Of a stretch of 23,842 nt of DNA, positions 18,667 to 23,842 are shown one piece after another. Position 1 is the stretch's first letter, and each line of letters begins with the position of its first letter. The stretch covers positions 1-23,842 of the forward strand of contig JBFRWI010000040.1 of assembly GCA_051439505.1 (NCBI GenBank), read 5' to 3'. This stretch comes from Hormoscilla sp. (lineage in GTDB: Bacteria; Cyanobacteriota; Cyanobacteriia; Cyanobacteriales; Desertifilaceae). A model generated the notes under the pieces. The model searched no databases, was not told the origin of the DNA, and saw nothing but the letters and a program-made list of their open reading frames with translations. A program made the translations under genes and the position numbers.

Positions 18667-18898
18667 GTCTATAATAGCGGGTATACTAGCTAAAACCATC
18701 TTACATCAAAAAAAAGTACGACATTTTTCCCTGATTTTTTCCAAATTCGGTTTCAGCCGTGCTATGGTAAGCAATGAGCGCCCCTAGCTGGCACTAGAGA
18801 CGCTCGGAAAATCCTTGTAAATATTGGGGAGCAACCGGTGTATCCGCACCAGTAACGCTCTCCTGTTGTCAATGCTCTCTAAAGAGCAGGAGTGAATA

Positions 18899-19159
18899 AT
18901 GGACGATCTTAACAAACAACTCAGCATTTTCCAACAGCCCATAGAGGTGCTAGTGGAAAATGCTTGCACGCTTGAGCGTGCTGTAGAGCTGGTGAAATGC
19001 TCGGAAGAGTTGATCTGCAAGCATATCGACCAAAAAAAACGATTTGAGTCCCAGGCTGCCACGGTTAAGTGGCGTGTTTACCCCGCTACCAAAGAGCAAG
19101 TCTACCAGGTCACGTTTGTTTATTCTCCAGCGAAGAAAGTCTGGAGAGTTGCTGATTGA
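18899..19159 (+). CDS. Small hypothetical protein (86 aa)
   Basis: ATG preceded by AGGAG at a suitable spacing; helical N-half and beta-like C-half; divergent from the STAND gene. Confidence 0.6.
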   Translation: MDDLNKQLSIFQQPIEVLVENACTLERAVELVKCSEELICKHIDQKKRFESQAATVKWRVYPATKEQVYQVTFVYSPAKKVWRVAD

Positions 19160-19194
19160 TTCTCGCTGGCGTTGACAAGCTCTGAGCTAAAACC

Positions 19195-19572
19195 TCAAGA
19201 TGGCAAAGGTTGACAGTAAGGTCGCGCCCACCCTAGGTCTGAAACGAGTGGCCACAGGAGGCATAGCCTATAGAAACGAGTTTCCAGGCCGATCTCACTT
19301 TTGCTGCGGCCATCTGAACCAGTAGCCCAGAAACCCGGTTTTTCCAAAAAAACCGGGTTTCTTAATTCTTTTTCTCCATCGGGAATGGGAATGTAAAACG
19401 GGTTTTTCCGTTGTGTATTGCCGATCGGGCAAACAAAGACAAATCCCATTTTGCGGTTAAATTTATCCTGACTGACAACAAGCGCAGGGCGGGTTCCCAT
19501 CTGCTCATGTCCTGCCTGGGGGTCAAAGTTAAGGCGAATAAAGTCACCTCGTTGGGGAATATAGTTTACCAC
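19195..19572 (-). pseudogene. mazF: MazF/PemK toxin, C-terminally truncated at a palindromic repeat
   Basis: YIPQRGDFIRLNFDPQAGHEQMGTRPALVVS...VCPI...NPFYIPIP, then the frame runs into repeat-derived ELRNPVFLEKPGF at ~19368. The conserved C-terminal DQ-x-(K/R)-S-x-D segment is absent. Confidence 0.85.
19329..19368. repeat. Family D palindrome AGAAACCCGGTTTTT...AAAAACCGGGTTTCT-TAATTC
   Basis: Second copy at 19859-19893 in direct orientation; half copy at ~15883-15897. Confidence 0.8.
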
Positions 19573-19814
19573 ACTTCTTCTCCTTCTGGCTTACCCCAAG
19601 ATATTTCTTCTCCGCCATCTTCGATCTCACCTGCTAGCAATTCATCCAAGGAGTATTCTGGAGAATGAGACCTTGGATATAGCACCAGTTTGCCATTTTC
19701 TACCCGGCAAATCATTGTATCATTTACCTTCAGTCCCAACCGATCGGAAATATGTTGGGGAATGCGGAGTGCTAATGAGTTGCCCCACTTGTCAATTTGC
19801 GTCTGGGTTTCCAT
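19566..19814 (-). CDS. mazE: MazE/AbrB-family antitoxin
   Basis: KWGNSLALRIP, YSLDELL, EISWGKPEGEEVW; likely start ATG 19814; overlaps the mazF GTG start. Confidence 0.93.
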   Translation of the reverse strand: METQTQIDKWGNSLALRIPQHISDRLGLKVNDTMICRVENGKLVLYPRSHSPEYSLDELLAGEIEDGGEEISWGKPEGEEVW

Positions 19815-19939
19815 GACTGACTCCCACGAGATAATAGATGAATATTTTATCACGATCGACCCTGTTTTATGTAAAAACAGGGTTTCTTAATTCCCCCAGA
19901 TGCACCCATTCCACCCTCAATACTTCTCAGTTAATAATC

Positions 19940-20087
19940 TGTCATTGCGAGGGGGAACACAAACTAACATTTTAAAGCTCACCACCAGGACTCCCCCGAA
20001 GCAATCTCATACGGGGCGGGGATTGCTTCGGGGGGGTTAACTCAGTGAAGCATAAGTTAATCGCGAAGGACCCCCCTCGCAATGACA
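19940..20087. mobile_element. 148-bp nested-palindrome element (family E), copy 1
   Basis: TGTCATTGCGAGGGGG...CCCCCTCGCAATGACA ends and central CCCCCGAAGCAATC-N14-GATTGCTTCGGGGG stem. Confidence 0.85.
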
Positions 20088-20131
20088 AATGTCCCTGCCG
20101 CCATGCAAAACCTACAAAGATTGATTCCACC

Positions 20132-20671
20132 CTACCCTTGGTAGAATGTTAAACCGGTATTGCCATAAACCTTCTGGCGACAAATTTCTAAGGTCTCATT
20201 TCCCGCAAAGGGCGATCGCTCCGAATTATGTTCCACTGCCATCTCGCCGCCGGGTGCTAAAATCTGGTAATGGCCGATCGCCTCCAAGACAGGTTCATAT
20301 AAATTGCTTTCATAAGGGGGGTCGAAATAGATGCGATCGAACTGTTGTCCTGCTAGCTTTTCCAATTGCTTCACTACATCTCCCCGCAATACTTGAAATA
20401 GTTCTGGATCGGATGCGACCATTTGCCAATTTTGGCGGATAATACTGCAAGCGCGAGGGGACTTTTCAATTCCCACCACCCAGGCGGCCCCCCGACACAA
20501 AGCTTCGGCACCCATTGAACCGTTCCCAGCACATAAATCTAACCACCGACAACCAGCTATGTGACCCTGCCAGATATTGAATAATGCCTCCCGCACCCGT
20601 CCTGTTGTCGGTCTAGTTGCTTGTCCGGGTAAGGTTTTTAATTGGCGGTTGCCGTATATTCTCACGCTCAT
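20132..20671 (-). CDS. rsmD: 16S rRNA m2G966 methyltransferase
   Basis: TRPTTGRVREALFNI, WLDLCAGNGSMGAEALCRGA, YFDPPY, VEH, YG. Likely start ATG 20671; the track extension translates repeat sequence. Confidence 0.95.
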   Translation of the reverse strand: MSVRIYGNRQLKTLPGQATRPTTGRVREALFNIWQGHIAGCRWLDLCAGNGSMGAEALCRGAAWVVGIEKSPRACSIIRQNWQMVASDPELFQVLRGDVVKQLEKLAGQQFDRIYFDPPYESNLYEPVLEAIGHYQILAPGGEMAVEHNSERSPFAGNETLEICRQKVYGNTGLTFYQG

Positions 20672-20697
20672 ATTTAGCCGTATGATGGGGACAGTAT

Positions 20698-21070
20698 TCG
20701 TAGGTTGGGTTGACGTTAGGAAACCCAACAGGATCAATGCTAACCAAATATATTGGTTGGGTTTCGTGCCTCTACGATGGCGCCAACAAAATATACCCGG
20801 AACGGGATCGACTTGTGCTTTTTGCGGAAGCTTTCATGTGTCATTGCGAGGGGAGTTTTCACTCGATAGTTTAATACTCACACGGCGAGTACCCCGAAGC
20901 AATCCCCTAACCAACGCCAGAGATTGCTTCGGGGGGTTACTCGTGAAATATTTTGCTCTTTCAATGATCCCCCCCCTCGCAATGACAATTATTTTCTGGT
21001 CAAAAAAGCGCAGTTCCAGCACCGTAGGAGTATATATTGGTTGGGTTGAGGCACGAAACCCAACCTACGA
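20698..21070. mobile_element. Family F element (TCGTAGGTTGGGTT...AACCCAACCTACGA) with nested insertion
   Basis: Perfect 14-bp inverted ends; internal 16-bp direct repeat ATATATTGGTTGGGTT at 20748-20763 and 21032-21047. Confidence 0.7.
20839..20987. mobile_element. 149-bp nested-palindrome element (family E), copy 2
   Basis: Same four conserved blocks as 19940-20087, with diverged intervening segments. Confidence 0.85.
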
Positions 21071-21076
21071 TTTGAA

Positions 21077-21712
21077 TTAAGCAGCAACCTTGGTTTGCAA
21101 TTGACTGACAAAGTTAGAAAGCATTTGCAACCCATTGCTAGAGGACTTTTCCGGGTGGAACTGCACTGCCATCATGTTATCACGGGCGATCGCGGCAGTT
21201 ACGGTTTGACTGCCGTGGGTAATAGTTGCGGCGCGGACCTGGGGGTCAACTGGGTCTACATAATAGGAATGAACGAAATAAACCCAAGGGTTAGCAGGGA
21301 TTGTTTGCCAGAGAAGCACATCTGATTGAGTAAATTCTAGCTGGTTCCAGCCCATGTGGGGTATAGTAATGTTTGGTTCCGATTGAAATCGGCGCACTTT
21401 ACCCGGGATAATGCCTAAACCCGGTTCCTTCCCTTCTTCGCTGCTGTCAAACAAGATTTGCAAACCCAGACAGATGCCTAAGAACGGTTTCCCACTGGCG
21501 ATCGCCTCTTTTATCGGATCCTCTAACCCGCGCGATCGCAGGTGTTGGACGGCAGGGTCAAAGGATCCCACTCCCGGCAATAGCACCGCATCTGCCATTG
21601 CTATTTCTCGGGGGGAATCAGTTATTTTCGGTTTGGTACCTGCGTTCTCCAGTCCTTTACAGACGGAATGGAGATTTCCCATATCGTAGTCTACCACGGC
21701 GATAAATGACAT
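21077..21712 (-). CDS. hisH: Imidazole glycerol phosphate synthase glutaminase subunit
   Basis: DYDMGNLHSV, LPGVG, GICLGLQ, PHMGWN, YFVHSY, QFHPEKS. Confidence 0.98.
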   Translation of the reverse strand: MSFIAVVDYDMGNLHSVCKGLENAGTKPKITDSPREIAMADAVLLPGVGSFDPAVQHLRSRGLEDPIKEAIASGKPFLGICLGLQILFDSSEEGKEPGLGIIPGKVRRFQSEPNITIPHMGWNQLEFTQSDVLLWQTIPANPWVYFVHSYYVDPVDPQVRAATITHGSQTVTAAIARDNMMAVQFHPEKSSSNGLQMLSNFVSQLQTKVAA

Positions 21713-21786
21713 GGCTCGATTTCCTTGAAAGCTGAACTCTCTGTATTATATAATATTTTCATCATTATCGTTAACCCCATATTCCC

Positions 21787-22299
21787 ATGACCCGCAAAAT
21801 CCTGCTCACCTCCTTTGACACCTGGTTGTCCCATCACAAATCTAATGCTTCTGACGATCTCTTAATCGAAGTTGCTAAACTAGATGATATCCCCTATGAG
21901 TTGCACCTGTTACGGCAGTTGCCGGTGGATATTCGCGCAGCAAGCGATCGGGTGCTGGCCCAGATCGACCAGTTGCAACCGGATGCGATCGTCTGTTGCG
22001 GGATGGCCGAGAGTCGCAAGCAACTCAGCGTGGAATCAAACGCTAGGAGAGAGACGGTGCTGAAAACGCCCATAAATCTGGATAAATTGTTAGTAGGTTT
22101 AGATGACGTGCAAATCAGTCACGATGCCGGCAGGTTCGTCTGCGAAGGACTTTATTACTCCGTATTGCAGGCGATCGCCGAAAATAATATATCCAGCAAT
22201 TGTATTTTTGTCCACGTTCCTCTCCTGACTCCCGATAATTCAGTGCAAATGCAGTCCGAGTTATTACAAATTCTTCAAAGAATGGGAAGCATGGGATAA
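21787..22299 (+). CDS. pcp: Pyroglutamyl-peptidase I family (peptidase C15)
   Basis: ILLTSF, VESNA, SHDAGRFVCEGLYY (catalytic Cys), FVHVP (catalytic His). Confidence 0.88.
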   Translation: MTRKILLTSFDTWLSHHKSNASDDLLIEVAKLDDIPYELHLLRQLPVDIRAASDRVLAQIDQLQPDAIVCCGMAESRKQLSVESNARRETVLKTPINLDKLLVGLDDVQISHDAGRFVCEGLYYSVLQAIAENNISSNCIFVHVPLLTPDNSVQMQSELLQILQRMGSMG

Positions 22300-22430
22300 G
22301 ATAATGTAGGGTGGGCACTGCCCACCTTCCGGGGTGCATCTACCAGTGCGCAAATTATCTGCACGTAATTTTCCCTAATGATCCTGTTAAGATAGCAGTT
22401 ATAATGGTCAAGCATATAATAACAGGATAA

Positions 22431-23705
22431 ATGGCAAAAGAGGTAGTTCTTAGTGTGGCAGTGCGACCTTTACCAGGACAGTTGAATGCAGTTCCCGTAT
22501 TTAACAGCAACAGTCCCGAAGTGGTGCTAACTGAGGGCATTTTACTCTCTACTTTTCCTCCAGCAGGCATGCGATCGCCCGCAAGTCACCTGAACTTTCC
22601 TTTCCAGGGACGGTTTGACATCTTCGCCCATCATATCGCCAAAGGGGAAGGAGAAAAGACCCTTTACTTGGGAATAATTTTGTCTAATCCCGGGATCGAG
22701 TCGGTCACAGTAGAGATATTACAAGCAGCAAGTTATCTCAGTCAACCAGATGCGCCCTTTATCGAGTTACCGCCTTTGCTGGAAAATACTTTTGGTACCG
22801 TTTACTCCGGACCGGGCGATCGCGCCACTTTCGACATCCTGCGGGGAAAGCGACAACTGGAATTTCCCGCTCAGATGGTAATTCCAGGCCACTCAAGTAA
22901 GATGTTACTTAACCTGCCAATTACCGTGCGATCGCTGGTGCCCCCAATTAACGGGCGATCGACCTTGATGCGGTTGCGGAGTAGTGGGAAAATATATGCA
23001 GCCAGTTTGGCGATGTTTGCCAGAACTAATGCCGATGGAAATGGCCCCAGTTTAGCAGCATGGCAGGAATTGTTGGAAACAGGGGAGTTAGCAGGACCGC
23101 GAGAACCGAAACCGACGAGGCCCGATCGGGCGACAGGAGAGATAAGATATGGTAGGGTAGCGGGGGTAGGGCGAGGTTCCCAATGGCAAGGGAAAATAGT
23201 AGATGATAATCAAAGCAATTATTTAACCATTCCCGAACCCGGCCAAGCATTTGCTTATGGGATTAGCACCCTGTTAGCTGGTACTCTGGGGACGCAGCAA
23301 ATTCAAAGTGCGCCGATGTTGGCCCGTTACCAGGATACAGCATATCAAGCCCATGGAAATTATGGAGTCCAATATAGTCTCTCTTTGCCACTTTATAATC
23401 CCAGGAAGGAAGAACAACAGGTAGCGATCGCCTTCCATTCTCCCATAAAAGAAGACCAACTGACAAAAGGAGGATTGAGATTTTCAGCAGGTCGAGGGGT
23501 TGCCTTTCGGGGAACCATCCGCCTACAGTATAATGATGACGGAGGAATTCCCCAAACTCGGTATCTGCATGTGGTGCAGCGCCGGGGCGCCCTGGGGGAA
23601 CCTTTGGTAAAATTGTCAATGGCAGGGGGAGAAAAACGCTTAGTGCAACTAGACTTCCTCTATCCGCCAGATGCGACACCACCCCAGGCGATAACTATTA
23701 GCTAG
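22431..23705 (+). CDS. DUF3370 domain protein
   Basis: VRPLPGQL..VPVFNSNSPE, GILLSTFP, FDIFAHH, TAYQAHGNYGV, YPPDATPPQ. Confidence 0.88.
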   Translation: MAKEVVLSVAVRPLPGQLNAVPVFNSNSPEVVLTEGILLSTFPPAGMRSPASHLNFPFQGRFDIFAHHIAKGEGEKTLYLGIILSNPGIESVTVEILQAASYLSQPDAPFIELPPLLENTFGTVYSGPGDRATFDILRGKRQLEFPAQMVIPGHSSKMLLNLPITVRSLVPPINGRSTLMRLRSSGKIYAASLAMFARTNADGNGPSLAAWQELLETGELAGPREPKPTRPDRATGEIRYGRVAGVGRGSQWQGKIVDDNQSNYLTIPEPGQAFAYGISTLLAGTLGTQQIQSAPMLARYQDTAYQAHGNYGVQYSLSLPLYNPRKEEQQVAIAFHSPIKEDQLTKGGLRFSAGRGVAFRGTIRLQYNDDGGIPQTRYLHVVQRRGALGEPLVKLSMAGGEKRLVQLDFLYPPDATPPQAITIS

Positions 23706-23718
23706 GCGCTTCGCGCCT

Positions 23719-23842
23719 GGAAACACTAAAGTGTTTACTACGAACCAGGGGAAACACTAAAGTGTTTACTACGAACCAGGGGAAACACTAAAGTGTTTAC
23801 TACGAACCAGGGGAAACACTAAAGTGTTTACTACGAACCAGG
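23719..23842. repeat. Perfect 31-bp tandem repeat, 4 copies up to the window edge
   Basis: Unit GGAAACACTAAAGTGTTTACTACGAACCAGG at 23719, 23750, 23781 and 23812; internal palindrome AAACACT-AA-AGTGTTT. Confidence 0.97.

Larger units (their letters stand above)
1..23842. repeat. HIP1 octamer GCGATCGC dispersed through the window
   Basis: More than 20 exact copies by eye (e.g. near 1273, 3183, 5601, 12865, 22816) plus many 1-mismatch variants; cyanobacterial hallmark. Confidence 0.95.

Noticed and set aside
18784..19062. 92-aa minus ORF as an upstream partner of the STAND gene
   Set aside because: Ser-rich antisense overlap of the RBS-bearing 18899-19159 ORF; no recognisable motif
19940..20987. 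Family E elements as integron attC sites
   Set aside because: They lack RYYYAAC/GTTRRRY core ends, no integrase is nearby, and the enclosed gene is housekeeping rsmD
20577..21080. 167-aa plus ORF and 62-aa minus ORF across the rsmD-hisH spacer
   Set aside because: They translate palindromic repeat sequence (families E and F) and show no protein-like features
23719..23842. CRISPR array
   Set aside because: Units are contiguous and identical, with no unique spacers and no cas genes in the window

Overview
Chromosomal window from a cyanobacterium, probably filamentous: HIP1 GCGATCGC occurs more than 20 times, heptamer STRR-type arrays are present, and several genes belong to cyanobacteria-specific families. 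Left to right it carries the 5' end of a filamentous-haemagglutinin/TPS exoprotein gene, an iron module (FTR1/EfeU permease plus a ferritin-like protein), and a divergent Ni/Co ECF module (lipoprotein, NikL/CbiL-like, CbiM/NikM, CbiQ, with no ATPase in the window). These are followed by DUF561, a membrane-anchored helical protein, a 5'-truncated gene remnant, a glycerophosphodiester phosphodiesterase, a TIGR04376 protein, a Pro-rich membrane protein, hemC and glgA. Between glgA and rsmD lies a ~5.3-kb accessory or defence-like islet: a hypothetical ORF, a DUF4160/DUF2442 pair, an effector-less STAND ATPase-wHTH-TPR protein, a small divergent ORF, and mazE with a truncated mazF. The window ends with rsmD, hisH, peptidase C15, DUF3370 and a perfect 31-bp x4 tandem repeat running to the edge. 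The most unusual signal is non-coding: about eight families of small palindromic elements fill the intergenic spaces, nest within each other, sit inside 16-24 bp direct repeats, bracket gene cassettes and lie at gene truncation points, with no transposase in the window. Family assignments come from motif recognition, not database searches.
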